Below are positions 20,506 through 30,407 of a stretch of 64,000 nt of DNA, piece after piece (the stretch's first letter is position 1; every line of letters begins with the position of its first letter). The stretch lies in NCBI GenBank assembly GCA_937921305.1, contig CAKZSU010000004.1, forward strand, positions 22,316-86,315, read 5' to 3'. The stretch is from an uncultured Patescibacteria group bacterium (GTDB lineage Bacteria > Patescibacteriota > Microgenomatia > UBA10105 > UBA927). The position numbers were made by a program, and so were the translations under genes. The notes under the pieces were generated by a model that saw only the letters and a program-made list of their open reading frames with translations, made no database searches and was not told the DNA's origin.

Positions 20506-20739
20506 TTAAGAGATATGCTTTGATAGTCGGGATTTCAATCGAGACCCTTTATTTTTATGCATAAGATGCGTTTTAACGGCTTTATCGATAAGTGAATATA
20601 TTTTTTGAAGCAATGATGTGCTTGGGGATCTTTTATACACTTTTATTGTTTGTTTTATTAAAGCTCTTTTTTTATTATTTTTTTCGCGAGCTTTTTCATC
20701 GCGACGCATTTTTTTGATTGCTTGCTTTGTGATTGGCAT
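20506..20739 (-). CDS. rpsT: 30S ribosomal protein S20
   Basis: MPITKQAIK..IDKAVK..HKNKGSRLKSRL. Confidence 0.95.
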   Translation of the reverse strand: MPITKQAIKKMRRDEKAREKNNKKRALIKQTIKVYKRSPSTSLLQKIYSLIDKAVKTHLMHKNKGSRLKSRLSKHIS

Positions 20740-20798
20740 AACACTTTCTATTTTATACTTCTTGCCTATAGATCGTCAATACATTCTAAATTAGAATA

Positions 20799-22430
20799 AT
20801 GGATATGAACATAATTAAACGAGTATTTCTTCTTCGTCAGTCTTCAATTGGCGGCGCCGCGTTTATTCTTATGTCCACTGTTATTGTTTCTAGAATGTTA
20901 GGACTTTTTCGCGATCGTTTATTGGCCGGTGTTTATTCTCCGGAAGAATTAGGGATATATTTTGCGTCATTTCGTCTTCCAAATATGCTTTTTGATCTTC
21001 TTGTGATGGGCGTGTTGAGCGCGGCGTTTATTCCAGTATTTACTCGATTGTTGACACAGAAAAAGGAAAAAATCGCTTGGAGGATGGCTTCAATTATTGC
21101 GAATTACACGATGGGAGTATTTTTTATTGGTTCGGTTACTATGTTTTTGTTTGCTCGTCAATTGTGCTCACTTTTTGCGCCAGGATTATCAGAGAAAGAG
21201 ATAGATTTGATGGTAGATTTCACAAGGACGCTTTTGTTTTTTCAGGCGCTTCCGTTGATTGTGGGGAATGTTTTAACGGGAATTCTGCAATCATATCAAT
21301 TCTTTTTTATTCCGGCGATAGCTCCTGTTCTTTATAATCTTGGAACGATCATCGGGATTGTCATACTTTCTCCGTTTATTGGTTTGTGGGCGCCTATTGC
21401 TGGTGTCAGTATTGGCGCATTTCTTTTTTTATGTGTGCAGATTCCTTTGCTTTTTTTGCTTCGTTTTCGGTATTATGGCAGCTTTGATACGAAGACGGAA
21501 GGAGTGAGAGAAGTTGGGATACTCATGATCCCCCGGGCTATTGGGTTGGGTGCTTCACAGATTGAAACAACGCTTGATTTAATATTGGCGAGTATGTTGG
21601 GGGCAAAGATGATAACAGTTTTTCATTTTGCTCAACACTTGCAACAATTGCCGGTTGGATTGTTCGGCGTGACCATTGCTCAAGCTGCATTCCCAACGTT
21701 GTCTCGCTCATCAGCGCAAGGAAGCCACCGGCAATTCCGTCAAAGTGTGATAAACGCTATTCATCAAATATTATTTTTTGTTCTTCCAATTTCCGTTTGT
21801 TTTATTGTGTTAAGAGTTCCTATCACTCGTTTGGTGTTTGGTTCCAGCGAATATGATTGGGAAGCGACTATATTAACCGCTAAAACATTGGCGATGTTTA
21901 GTCTTTCTCTTTTTGCTCAATCAATTATTCATGTACTGACTCGCGCCTTTTATGCGATATGCGATACGAAGACACCTATGCTTTTAAGCATTGCGGGAAT
22001 TGTGATGAATATGATGTTCAGCGTATTATTTATTTTTGTTTTTCAGCTTCCAGTTTGGGGATTAGGATTATCAACATCGATTGCGATGTCAGCCCAAGTA
22101 TTGTTGTTGTATTATGTTTTGCAAAAGAGAATTGGTTTGTTTTCTTTTGTTGACACATTTGTAACGCCGATGAAGATGGTGTGTATCTCATTTATTATGG
22201 GGATTATTATGTTTCTTTCTCAGCGACTTTTTGACGAGCTTATCTTTGATACAACAAGAACAATAAATGTCTTCTTGTTTACAAGTTTTTTGACGATTCT
22301 TGGAGGAGTGGCTTATCTCTTTCTTTCATGGGTGTTTGGCGTTGATCAATTTTATCGCTTTGCACGGTTCATCAAAAAACTTAAAACATTTCAACATCTT
22401 CCGTTTCATCAGGGAGATCAAGAGATGTAG
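20799..22430 (+). CDS. murJ: Lipid II flippase MurJ (start may be 20805)
   Basis: SRMLGLFRD, FRLPN, AFIPVF, QLPVG and RAFYA..DTKTP; about 14 TM. Confidence 0.93.
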   Translation: MDMNIIKRVFLLRQSSIGGAAFILMSTVIVSRMLGLFRDRLLAGVYSPEELGIYFASFRLPNMLFDLLVMGVLSAAFIPVFTRLLTQKKEKIAWRMASIIANYTMGVFFIGSVTMFLFARQLCSLFAPGLSEKEIDLMVDFTRTLLFFQALPLIVGNVLTGILQSYQFFFIPAIAPVLYNLGTIIGIVILSPFIGLWAPIAGVSIGAFLFLCVQIPLLFLLRFRYYGSFDTKTEGVREVGILMIPRAIGLGASQIETTLDLILASMLGAKMITVFHFAQHLQQLPVGLFGVTIAQAAFPTLSRSSAQGSHRQFRQSVINAIHQILFFVLPISVCFIVLRVPITRLVFGSSEYDWEATILTAKTLAMFSLSLFAQSIIHVLTRAFYAICDTKTPMLLSIAGIVMNMMFSVLFIFVFQLPVWGLGLSTSIAMSAQVLLLYYVLQKRIGLFSFVDTFVTPMKMVCISFIMGIIMFLSQRLFDELIFDTTRTINVFLFTSFLTILGGVAYLFLSWVFGVDQFYRFARFIKKLKTFQHLPFHQGDQEM

Positions 22431-22436
22431 ACTACA

Positions 22437-23828
22437 TTATTGTTTTCTTAACTCTAAAAGAGCGACGCTGTTTGCCGGCAAAAAGAGTTGTTTTTTCCAT
22501 GTTGGTTCAGAAATTGTTTCTTGAAGCGTAATGTCTCTTCCAAGGAAAAATCTTTCTCTATATGAGTATGTTCCCGGCTCAAGATTAAGGAAAGTTAGCG
22601 GAACAGTTTCTCCTTTGCTATATTGGTGATTAAAATTAACAAGGAGAAGTCGAATAACGCCGTCTCGCGTTGTCGCGACAGCGGATGTCCAGCTTCCTTC
22701 TCCGGTAACAAGGAGTCGATTTCCTTCCATGGGACGAATGAAGTTTGGAACATAATACCGCGGTTTTAATTTCTTTCCTTGCGATTCATGGTGAATCATG
22801 CCCCATCCATTGTCTTGATTGGGACCGTCTTTTAATTGAAACGCAAAGAGATACGTTGGACCACCTGAAATGACTTGCCGCGTGACTGCTGCCATATGTG
22901 CCGCGGCGAACATCGTGTTGTATCGTTTGTCTTTTGCGCCAGTAAATCCAAATTCTGTCACGAACTTTGGAAGAAGTGTGTATCGCGGGTATGGAAGGAG
23001 CCATTCGGTAAGATTTCTTTGATCTCTATCAAATTGTTTTGGATCCATAAGGTACGAGTGCCACGAAAAGAAATCAACACGATTGCCACTATTCACAAGC
23101 CCTATGATCCAATTTCTATACAATCCTGTTGTCGATGGACCACCAAGAGAGAACGGAAGAACATTTTTCGCGTTTTGCGCGCCGATTGCTGCATATCTAT
23201 AGAGTGTTAAATAATTTTTTTCTCCGGAAAGTCTCCATCCGCCAAATTGCGCAAGATCTGGCTCATTCCACACTTCATAATACATTCCTGATATATTTCG
23301 ATTTTCTCTTCCGCTAAAATACTCTATTGTTTTTTGAACGACAAAGGCCCATTCATTCCAATCATTGGGAGGATTAATAATGCTGCCGTCTTTTGCGATT
23401 GCCGATGGCATATAGGAAAGAGCAAGCATGGGTTTTGCTCCGGTGGCAAGAATAGAGTTGACTGCCTGATCAAGTCTTGACCAATCAAAGGTAAGTTCAG
23501 ATCCATTTCTTCCCACAACTTGATAGTAGTCATAAATATGATCGATTCTTATAATTCTCGGATTAAGTGCGCGAACTTCGGAAACAATAGGACCAATCAT
23601 GTCTGTTGCTTCTTCTCCTCCTTGGGCAAACGCGTGGAGGAAATTCGTGTTGACAGGTTCTAAAACAACATTTGTGTCAATAACAATATTTGCTGGAGTT
23701 CCTGAAGCCCGAAGAACGGTATAGATTTGATAAAGTCCAAGCATGAACAATGGAAGAAATGCGAGCATTGCTATCACTGATATGATCGATGTTGCTCTCA
23801 TTGCTTCTCGTTCTAATATGTTTGTCAT
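22437..23828 (-). CDS. Membrane-anchored glycoside hydrolase family 39-like
   Basis: YEVWNEPD acid/base, VTEFG nucleophile, DFFSWHSY; N-terminal TM. Confidence 0.8.
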   Translation of the reverse strand: MTNILEREAMRATSIISVIAMLAFLPLFMLGLYQIYTVLRASGTPANIVIDTNVVLEPVNTNFLHAFAQGGEEATDMIGPIVSEVRALNPRIIRIDHIYDYYQVVGRNGSELTFDWSRLDQAVNSILATGAKPMLALSYMPSAIAKDGSIINPPNDWNEWAFVVQKTIEYFSGRENRNISGMYYEVWNEPDLAQFGGWRLSGEKNYLTLYRYAAIGAQNAKNVLPFSLGGPSTTGLYRNWIIGLVNSGNRVDFFSWHSYLMDPKQFDRDQRNLTEWLLPYPRYTLLPKFVTEFGFTGAKDKRYNTMFAAAHMAAVTRQVISGGPTYLFAFQLKDGPNQDNGWGMIHHESQGKKLKPRYYVPNFIRPMEGNRLLVTGEGSWTSAVATTRDGVIRLLLVNFNHQYSKGETVPLTFLNLEPGTYSYRERFFLGRDITLQETISEPTWKKQLFLPANSVALLELRKQ

Positions 23829-23861
23829 ACTACTATTAATATATGATTGTTTTATTATTTT

Positions 23862-25022
23862 TTATTTTACCAATAGCAGTGGTATCGAAATCCCAATTAC
23901 GATAAATATGATGCCAAGATTTATGATGATGTAGGAAAATAGTGGTATCCCCGTGACTGGAATTTCTTCCGTCGATGTTTTTGGAGCAATGGTAGGCGTT
24001 GATGTTGTTTTCCCTTGTGTTAGAGTTGGTGATACTGAACCAATCGTAAACATTGAAGTAATAGTTTGTGTTTGACCAGTCGTAGGATTCGTGCTTGTTA
24101 TCGTGGCGGTATATGTGCCTATGCCTAACGATTGATTTGGCTTGAACAACCAGTTCCCGGTGTTATTTGTTGTGACAGCTCCAGTGACTGATCCTGGATT
24201 TAAAAGAATCGTTATTGTTGATCCCGGAGGCGCTTTTCCTGAAAGCGTTGGCGGATCTTGTGTTATTGAAGAACCATTTTTTGGGGAGCTAAGTATTAGC
24301 TGGATCAAGCCTGCTCCAGGAGAGTTTGTCGGTATTGGCGTTGATGATTGTTGAAGACGTATTGGAGTCGGCGTGATTGTTTGCGTGCCCGTTGGTATTC
24401 TTGTCGGTGTTTGATTTGCTCGTTGCGTTGGTGTCGGAAGTTGCGTCGGAGAAGATTGCGCAGGTATTCTCGTTGGAGATATCTGTGATGGATTTGATGA
24501 AATGATGATTGTTGCCGGAGACGTCCCAATCAATGCGTTTCTCGATCCCTCTCCAAGACTTCCTACAAATGTTTCTGGGCCAAAACTGACGCGAATGGGC
24601 GTATTGCTTCCCTGCAAGACGCGAAATCGTATTGTTCCAACGATTCCTGTTCCTTTAAATGGTTTGCTTATGCTTGCCGTCCCGACTGCTATGGACGCTT
24701 TTCCTGGCTGAGATGTATCAGCTGATGATAATATATTTGGAAATTGTGGAGAGTTGATAATTGATTGGGCTTCAAGTTTCGCGCTGTCAAATATGATATG
24801 TATGCTTGTTGCTATTATGTTGTTTTCTCCTGTGTTAATTGTGATGTCGAGGCTAAATGTTTCTCCTATAGAAACTGTTTTTTCAGACGGAGTGAATGAC
24901 ATGGTAGTCGCTGGGGCGGCTTTTTGTCGTATATCTTGTTGCTGTTTTACAACAAAGAAAGAAACGGGAAGGGTAATTAGAAGGAATAGCAATACAACAA
25001 TTGGAATAATTTTTTTCTTCAT
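23862..25022 (-). CDS. Cohesin-domain/Ig-like surface protein with C-terminal IPVTG + TM sorting signal
   Basis: Cohesin-like (GETFSLDITI..IIFD..GTIRF), PTxxP linker, Ig-like (LSGKAPPGS..GNW), IPVTG followed by TM. Confidence 0.72.
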   Translation of the reverse strand: MKKKIIPIVVLLFLLITLPVSFFVVKQQQDIRQKAAPATTMSFTPSEKTVSIGETFSLDITINTGENNIIATSIHIIFDSAKLEAQSIINSPQFPNILSSADTSQPGKASIAVGTASISKPFKGTGIVGTIRFRVLQGSNTPIRVSFGPETFVGSLGEGSRNALIGTSPATIIISSNPSQISPTRIPAQSSPTQLPTPTQRANQTPTRIPTGTQTITPTPIRLQQSSTPIPTNSPGAGLIQLILSSPKNGSSITQDPPTLSGKAPPGSTITILLNPGSVTGAVTTNNTGNWLFKPNQSLGIGTYTATITSTNPTTGQTQTITSMFTIGSVSPTLTQGKTTSTPTIAPKTSTEEIPVTGIPLFSYIIINLGIIFIVIGISIPLLLVK

Positions 25023-25081
25023 ATTATATTTCCATATAATCATGAAATATGACAAGTTTTCAAGCGGAATTTTCTATGTTC

Positions 25082-25110
25082 TTGACAAGGTTTAGCACTC
25101 TTATTATATT
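25082..25110 (+). promoter_or_regulatory. Sigma70-type promoter of the hrcA operon
   Basis: TTGACA (25082-87), 17 bp spacer, TATATT (25105-10). Confidence 0.8.
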
Positions 25111-25118
25111 AGTGCTAA
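25092..25118. promoter_or_regulatory. CIRCE operator (HrcA binding site)
   Basis: TTAGCACTC-N9-TAGTGCTAA, one mismatch to the consensus TTAGCACTC-N9-GAGTGCTAA, directly before hrcA. Confidence 0.95.
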
Positions 25119-25119
25119 T

Positions 25120-25845
25120 ATGACGCAGTTTCCGTTAACTGATCGACAACTAGAGATACTTAGAGCGGTTATTGAGGAATACATCGCCACCGCTGAGCCT
25201 GTAGGATCAGAAACGCTTGAAAAAAAATACAATCTTGGTGTTTCTCCTGCGACCATTCGCAATGAAATGGCAAGGTTGACGCAGATTGGCATGTTGCATC
25301 AACCTCACGCTTCCTCGGGAAGATGTCCGACTCCTACGGCGATTCGATATTATGTAGACACATTAATGAGGCCGAAAGATCTTTCTGTAGCGGAAACAGT
25401 GTCTGTAAAAGAAAGAGTGTGGGATTATAGAAGTGATCCAGGTAAATTGCTTCGTCAATCTGCAAAAGCTCTGGCGGAAAAAACAAAAGCGTTGGCGTTT
25501 GCCGCGACAGAGGAAGGAGAGATGTATTATGCTGGCGCGGCAAATATTTTGACGATGCCAGAATTTTTTGATTATGAATTAACACTTCATCTTCTGGAAT
25601 GTTTGGATCAAGCCGAATTTTGGTGGAATATTATCGCTGAAAGAAGTGATGCTTTTAATATTCTTCTTGGCGAATCACTTGGTTCTCGACAGTTTTTTTC
25701 GCAATGCGGCGTCGTGTATTATAAGTTTTCGTTAGGACCAACAGAGGGTGCGATAGGTGTTGTTGGACCATTTCGCTTGAATTATCCATTCATTATTCCG
25801 ATTGTTCGATACATGGGGAGATTGCTGGAAGAATTAGGAGGGTGA
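25120..25845 (+). CDS. hrcA: Heat-inducible transcription repressor HrcA (short form)
   Basis: LTDRQ..YI..AEPVGS, SPATIRNEM, QPHASSGR and GVVGP.R; adjacent CIRCE. Confidence 0.93.
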   Translation: MTQFPLTDRQLEILRAVIEEYIATAEPVGSETLEKKYNLGVSPATIRNEMARLTQIGMLHQPHASSGRCPTPTAIRYYVDTLMRPKDLSVAETVSVKERVWDYRSDPGKLLRQSAKALAEKTKALAFAATEEGEMYYAGAANILTMPEFFDYELTLHLLECLDQAEFWWNIIAERSDAFNILLGESLGSRQFFSQCGVVYYKFSLGPTEGAIGVVGPFRLNYPFIIPIVRYMGRLLEELGG

Positions 25846-25846
25846 T

Positions 25847-26356
25847 ATGAAGAAACAACACAACGGAAATCAAGAAGAACATCAAAAGCAATCACAAGCA
25901 AATCAACCAGAACACCCTATTGAAGAAAATCAAAGAGATCAAAAAAATCAAGAAGCTGAAGAGTGGAAGCAAAAGTATTTGCGTGTTCTTGCGGATTATC
26001 AAAATCTTGAAAAACGATCGTTGCAAGAGAAAGAAGATGTTCAAAAGTTTGCCGGTGAGATAACGATAAGAAAACTTATTCCAGCGATCGACGCGCTGGA
26101 GCGAGCGGCAAAGCATATTCATGACGAAGGATTGCGTTTGTCATTGCGAGAATTTTACTCAATTCTTGAAACATGCGGCGTAAAGAAAATTGAAACAGCG
26201 GGGCGAGTATTTGATCCGCATGTCATGGAATGCGTGGAGGTGGTGGAAGGAGATGAAGAAGGGAATGTTATTGAGGAAGTGCGAGCTGGATACATGTTGT
26301 TTGACAAAGTGTTGCGCGTTGCGCAAGTAAAAGTTAGTAAAAAAAAGGAGGTATAA
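25847..26356 (+). CDS. grpE: Nucleotide exchange factor GrpE
   Basis: LRVLADYQN, FDPHVME and GYML..VLRVAQV. Confidence 0.95.
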   Translation: MKKQHNGNQEEHQKQSQANQPEHPIEENQRDQKNQEAEEWKQKYLRVLADYQNLEKRSLQEKEDVQKFAGEITIRKLIPAIDALERAAKHIHDEGLRLSLREFYSILETCGVKKIETAGRVFDPHVMECVEVVEGDEEGNVIEEVRAGYMLFDKVLRVAQVKVSKKKEV

Positions 26357-26359
26357 CCT

Positions 26360-28234
26360 ATGAGCAAAATTATTGGCATTGATCTTGGAACAACAAATTC
26401 TTGTGTTGCTGTGATGGAAGGAGGATCTCCCAAGGTTATTCATTCTGCAGAGGGACGGAATGTAATTCCATCCGTCGTTGATCCGATAAAAAATATTGTT
26501 GGCGATGTGGCAAAGAGACAAATTGTGATGAATCCCAAAACAACGATTTTTTCCGCAAAGCGATTGATGGGAAGGAAATTTTCTGATTCTTCAGTTCAAA
26601 ACGATATAAAATGGCTTCCGTACACCGTAAAAGCGGGACGAGACGATATGGCGGTGATTGAAGTGGAGGGAAGAGAATTCACGCCTCAGGAAATTTCCGC
26701 AAAAGTATTGTCAAAAATCAAAGCCGACGCGGAAAACTATCTTGGTCAACCGGTGAAACAAGCAGTGATTACCGTTCCCGCGTATTTTAACGATAGTCAA
26801 CGACAAGCGACCAAACAAGCTGGAGAGATTGCCGGGCTTGAAGTGCTTCGCATTATTAACGAGCCGACGGCGGCTGCGCTTGCGTATGGTTTAGACAAGC
26901 AGAATGTTCATACGATCGCTGTCTACGATCTTGGCGGGGGAACATTTGATATTACGATTCTTGAATTGGGCGAAGGTGTGTATGAAGTAAAAGCGACAAA
27001 TGGTGATACGCATCTTGGCGGCGATGATTTTGACCAGGCGTTGCTTACGTATCTTGCTGATGAATTTAAGAAAGAGCATGGTGTTGATCTTCGGAAAGAT
27101 CCGCAAGCGCTGCAACGATTGCGAGACGCCGCGGAAAAGGCAAAGATAGAGCTTTCTTCTTCCATGGAAGCTGAAGTAAATTTGCCGTTTATTACGCAAG
27201 GCAAAGATGGACCGTTGCATCTTGTTATGAAGATTACGCGAGCAAAGTTTGAATCGCTTGTTGATCATTTGATTCAAAAAACAATTGAACCAGTGAAAAA
27301 ATGTCTCGAAGACGCGAAGTTGTCTGTTTCTGACATTGACGAAGTCGTCATGGTTGGAGGCATGACGCGAATGCCGAAGATCGTTGAGACAGTCAAAAAT
27401 TTCTTTGGGAAAGATCCAAACAGATCGGTCAATCCCGACGAAGTTGTCGCTGTGGGAGCTGCGGTGCAAGGAGGCGTGTTGGCAGGCGATGTAAAAGATG
27501 TAGTATTGCTTGATGTAACACCATTAACGTTTGGTGTTGAAACATTAGGGGGTGTGATGACAGCGTTGATTCCGAGAAACACAACGATTCCGACAAGCAA
27601 AAGTGAGATTTTCTCAACTGCCGCTGATAATCAAACATCAGTCGAGATTCATGTTTTACAAGGAGAGCGTCCTATGGCTGCGGATAATAAATCGCTCGGA
27701 CGATTTATCTTGTCAGGCATTCCTCCGGCGCCAAGAGGCGTTCCGCAGATCGAAGTGACATTCGATATTGACGCTTCCGGCATTTTGAATGTGACGGCAA
27801 AAGATAAATCAACTGGAAAATCCGCAAATATTAAAATTACCGGTTCTACCGGATTATCAAAGGAAGAAATAGAACGAATGAAGAAAGAAGCCGAGGAACA
27901 TGCCGCGGCGGATAAAGAGAAGAAAGAGCGAATCGAAGCGAGAAATCAAGCCGATAGCATGATCTATCAAGCGGAAAAAGTGTTGTCTGATCATAAAGAC
28001 AAAATCAAAGAAGAAGACAAGAAGTCATTAGAAGCAAAAATACAAGCGTTGAAAGATATCCTTGAAACAGGAAGTAAAGCGGAATTGGAAGGAAAGACGC
28101 AAGAACTTATGCAAGAGATGCAACGAGTAAGCGCGAATATTCCGCAAGGGCAACCTTCATCAGATCAAGGAAATGAGAAAAAAGACGAAAAAAAAGATGA
28201 TGGAAAGGTAGAAGAGGGGCAAGTTGTTGAATAA
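26360..28234 (+). CDS. dnaK: Chaperone DnaK
   Basis: [24 protein letters not shown] and DLGGGTFD. Confidence 0.98.
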   Translation: MSKIIGIDLGTTNSCVAVMEGGSPKVIHSAEGRNVIPSVVDPIKNIVGDVAKRQIVMNPKTTIFSAKRLMGRKFSDSSVQNDIKWLPYTVKAGRDDMAVIEVEGREFTPQEISAKVLSKIKADAENYLGQPVKQAVITVPAYFNDSQRQATKQAGEIAGLEVLRIINEPTAAALAYGLDKQNVHTIAVYDLGGGTFDITILELGEGVYEVKATNGDTHLGGDDFDQALLTYLADEFKKEHGVDLRKDPQALQRLRDAAEKAKIELSSSMEAEVNLPFITQGKDGPLHLVMKITRAKFESLVDHLIQKTIEPVKKCLEDAKLSVSDIDEVVMVGGMTRMPKIVETVKNFFGKDPNRSVNPDEVVAVGAAVQGGVLAGDVKDVVLLDVTPLTFGVETLGGVMTALIPRNTTIPTSKSEIFSTAADNQTSVEIHVLQGERPMAADNKSLGRFILSGIPPAPRGVPQIEVTFDIDASGILNVTAKDKSTGKSANIKITGSTGLSKEEIERMKKEAEEHAAADKEKKERIEARNQADSMIYQAEKVLSDHKDKIKEEDKKSLEAKIQALKDILETGSKAELEGKTQELMQEMQRVSANIPQGQPSSDQGNEKKDEKKDDGKVEEGQVVE

Positions 28235-28258
28235 TTCAATACGTTCTTTATAGCAACC

Positions 28259-28288
28259 AACGGCTCATGACTGCGGTTTTGAGCCGTT
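28259..28288. other. Inverted repeat/hairpin between dnaK and dnaJ
   Basis: AACGGCTCA-N12-TGAGCCGTT perfect 9-bp stem with no U-tract. Confidence 0.55.
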
Positions 28289-28307
28289 ATCATATATTAT
28301 CAGCTCT

Positions 28308-29207
28308 ATGACAGAAAAAAGAGATTACTATGATGTGTTGGGCGTTTCGAAGTCCGCGTCGCTGGATGAGATTAAACGCGCGTATCGAAAACTTGCGCTT
28401 GAATGGCATCCTGATCGCAATAAAAGTCCGGAAGCTAATGAGCGATTCAAAGAAATTAATGAAGCGTATGAAGTATTGTCAGATCCTAAAAAGCGAGAAA
28501 CGTATGACCAATTTGGTCATGCGGCGTTTCAGCCGGGAACGGGAGGATTTGGTGGTCAAGGAAGTCCTTTTGGCGGCGGGTTTCGATATGGACCATTTAC
28601 TTACACTTATACAACAAATGGAAGTCCGTTTGACGGGTTTGATTTTTCCGATCCATTCGATATTTTCGAGCAATTTTTTGGTGGAGGGTTTTCGCGTTCT
28701 CATGGCGCGAGAAAGCGGAGGAATGTCTATCAGATAACGATCGATTTTATGGACGCCGTCAAGGGGACGACAAAAGAGATTCATGTGCCAAAAGGAGAAG
28801 CCGGGCAGGGAAGTGTTGAAAAAACTATTAAGATACCCGCTGGCGTGGACACCGGTTCTCGTATTCGATTTGACGATTTTGATGTGGTTCTTGATGTTCG
28901 ACCCCATGAAATCTTTCAGAGAGAAGAGGATAATATTTTTGTAGAAAAAAAAATTTCGTTTCCGCAAGCGGTATTGGGAGGCACTGTTGAAGTACCTACC
29001 ATTGACGGAGATGTAAAGATTCGTATTCAACCCGGCACACAACCTGGAACATTAATTCGATTAAAGGGGAAAGGCGTTCCACATGTTCGCGGCGGCGGAA
29101 GAGGAGATCAGTATGTGAAAATACGAATCAACGTCCCAGAGAAAGTTACTCGTCGCCAGCGCGAATTTTTAGAAGCGTTTGAGAAAGAGGAAAAATCATC
29201 TTTTTAA
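28308..29207 (+). CDS. dnaJ: DnaJ co-chaperone lacking the Zn-finger (class II)
   Basis: J-domain with HPD, G/F-rich region, C-terminal domain; no CxxCxGxG repeats. Confidence 0.9.
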   Translation: MTEKRDYYDVLGVSKSASLDEIKRAYRKLALEWHPDRNKSPEANERFKEINEAYEVLSDPKKRETYDQFGHAAFQPGTGGFGGQGSPFGGGFRYGPFTYTYTTNGSPFDGFDFSDPFDIFEQFFGGGFSRSHGARKRRNVYQITIDFMDAVKGTTKEIHVPKGEAGQGSVEKTIKIPAGVDTGSRIRFDDFDVVLDVRPHEIFQREEDNIFVEKKISFPQAVLGGTVEVPTIDGDVKIRIQPGTQPGTLIRLKGKGVPHVRGGGRGDQYVKIRINVPEKVTRRQREFLEAFEKEEKSSF

Positions 29208-30195
29208 TGCCTCGATGTTTTTCTATCAAAGTAATAAGAATTCCACTGTATATCATGAGTTCTGCAAATTCTGACCATACGGCGTATGGATGAAATTCCA
29301 CGATTCTGTTGTAAAAATTGAACAAAAAGCCAAAAAAGAAGTATGGAGCGCTGCTCCATGAGGCAACATATAAGAACAGTGGCAACTTTTTAAAAGAAGT
29401 TCCTGCGATGTGTACTATTGGAGATAGCGTTCCATAGAGCCCAATAACAATGTATCCAAGACCGACCAGACCGGAAAATATTGAGAGATTATGAATAGTG
29501 AATTCTTTTTGTTCATTTCGTTCCAAAAGAAACGATGGAGTTTGAATATGGAGTATTCTTTGTCCCCAAGAAATTTCGTCCATGGCTACAAAAAATAGGA
29601 TAAACGAAATTCCTAAAAATATGCCGGAATGAATCTTCATTATTTTGATGCGATACGCTATAAATATGCTTATAAACGATGAAAGAAGAAGACAAATGAA
29701 TTGAGCATTTTCAAAGAGTTCATCTTCCTTTGAAATGTTATAAAACACATCAAATGGAAAGTATGTTGTCAAATATGCATACCCAAAAATTACAAAAAAG
29801 AGAAAAAAGAGAATGAACGAAAAATATTTTGATAAATGATTATCATGAAGTTGAATCAGACCTATAACGATGCTAAAAATGTTTACAATTGTTAATTGTG
29901 TGTATTGTATTGGAACAAGCGAGAATGCTTGATTTGGTGGTGTGCTATAGTCATATGCGGTAAGGAGAATAGCGCCGATAAGAGATGCCGGGAAGATAAA
30001 AAAGCCGTTTAATAAAGCAAGCGATCGAAGAAGTCTTTTTTTATATTTCCAACGAAGATAGATAAGAAGCATCATTGCAATGATAGCGATAGATCTCGAG
30101 CTAACAAAAATGATGTTTTGAACAGTATTGAACGATTTGTACGCGTCTAATAGGAGAAAACCGAGTGAGCTGAGATAAATAATAGAGAAAAACAT
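29146..30195 (-). CDS. Multi-TM hypothetical membrane protein
   Basis: About 10 TM; [16 protein letters not shown] and N.Q.E.TIHN motifs typical of an uncharacterised family. Confidence 0.7.
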   Translation of the reverse strand: MFFSIIYLSSLGFLLLDAYKSFNTVQNIIFVSSRSIAIIAMMLLIYLRWKYKKRLLRSLALLNGFFIFPASLIGAILLTAYDYSTPPNQAFSLVPIQYTQLTIVNIFSIVIGLIQLHDNHLSKYFSFILFFLFFVIFGYAYLTTYFPFDVFYNISKEDELFENAQFICLLLSSFISIFIAYRIKIMKIHSGIFLGISFILFFVAMDEISWGQRILHIQTPSFLLERNEQKEFTIHNLSIFSGLVGLGYIVIGLYGTLSPIVHIAGTSFKKLPLFLYVASWSSAPYFFFGFLFNFYNRIVEFHPYAVWSEFAELMIYSGILITLIEKHRGIKKMIFPLSQTLLKIRAGDE

Positions 30196-30331
30196 ATTGA
30201 ATATTGTTTTTGTTTTGTATCTTCCTGTGGAAAATTTTTATTTTTCTATTTTTCTTTTTAAGTAAGATTGTTATACAGGTTTTGCTTTCTTTTGTATATT
30301 GGGGGTTTTGGTCAACTTTGTTGACGATACG

Positions 30332-30360
30332 TTGACGATACAATGATGAGATCGTATAAT
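30332..30360 (+). promoter_or_regulatory. Sigma70-type promoter of nusA
   Basis: TTGACG, 17 bp spacer, TATAAT. Confidence 0.8.
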
Positions 30361-30379
30361 TACAGTAGAAAAGGATGAA

Positions 30380-30401
30380 GGTGGGGAAACCCACCACTTT
30401 T
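30380..30401 (+). promoter_or_regulatory. rimP/nusA-leader-like GNRA hairpin (attenuator)
   Basis: GGTGGG-GAAA-CCCACC followed by ACTTTT, between the promoter and the nusA ATG. Confidence 0.65.
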
Positions 30402-30407
30402 GTTAGT

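Noticed and set aside
24300-24480. Repeated PTxxP/PTPT-encoding DNA (also near 1270-1380 and 17850-17900)
   Set aside because: Low-complexity protein linkers with varied codons, not DNA repeat elements.
26891-27469. Long antisense ORFs within dnaK, and similar ones in pnp, rnj and rpoBC
   Set aside because: Shadow frames of conserved genes with no recognisable motifs.
29146-29207. 62-nt convergent overlap of dnaJ and the membrane gene (and the 55-nt WecA/UbiA overlap)
   Set aside because: Ordinary compaction; the overlaps cover non-conserved termini.
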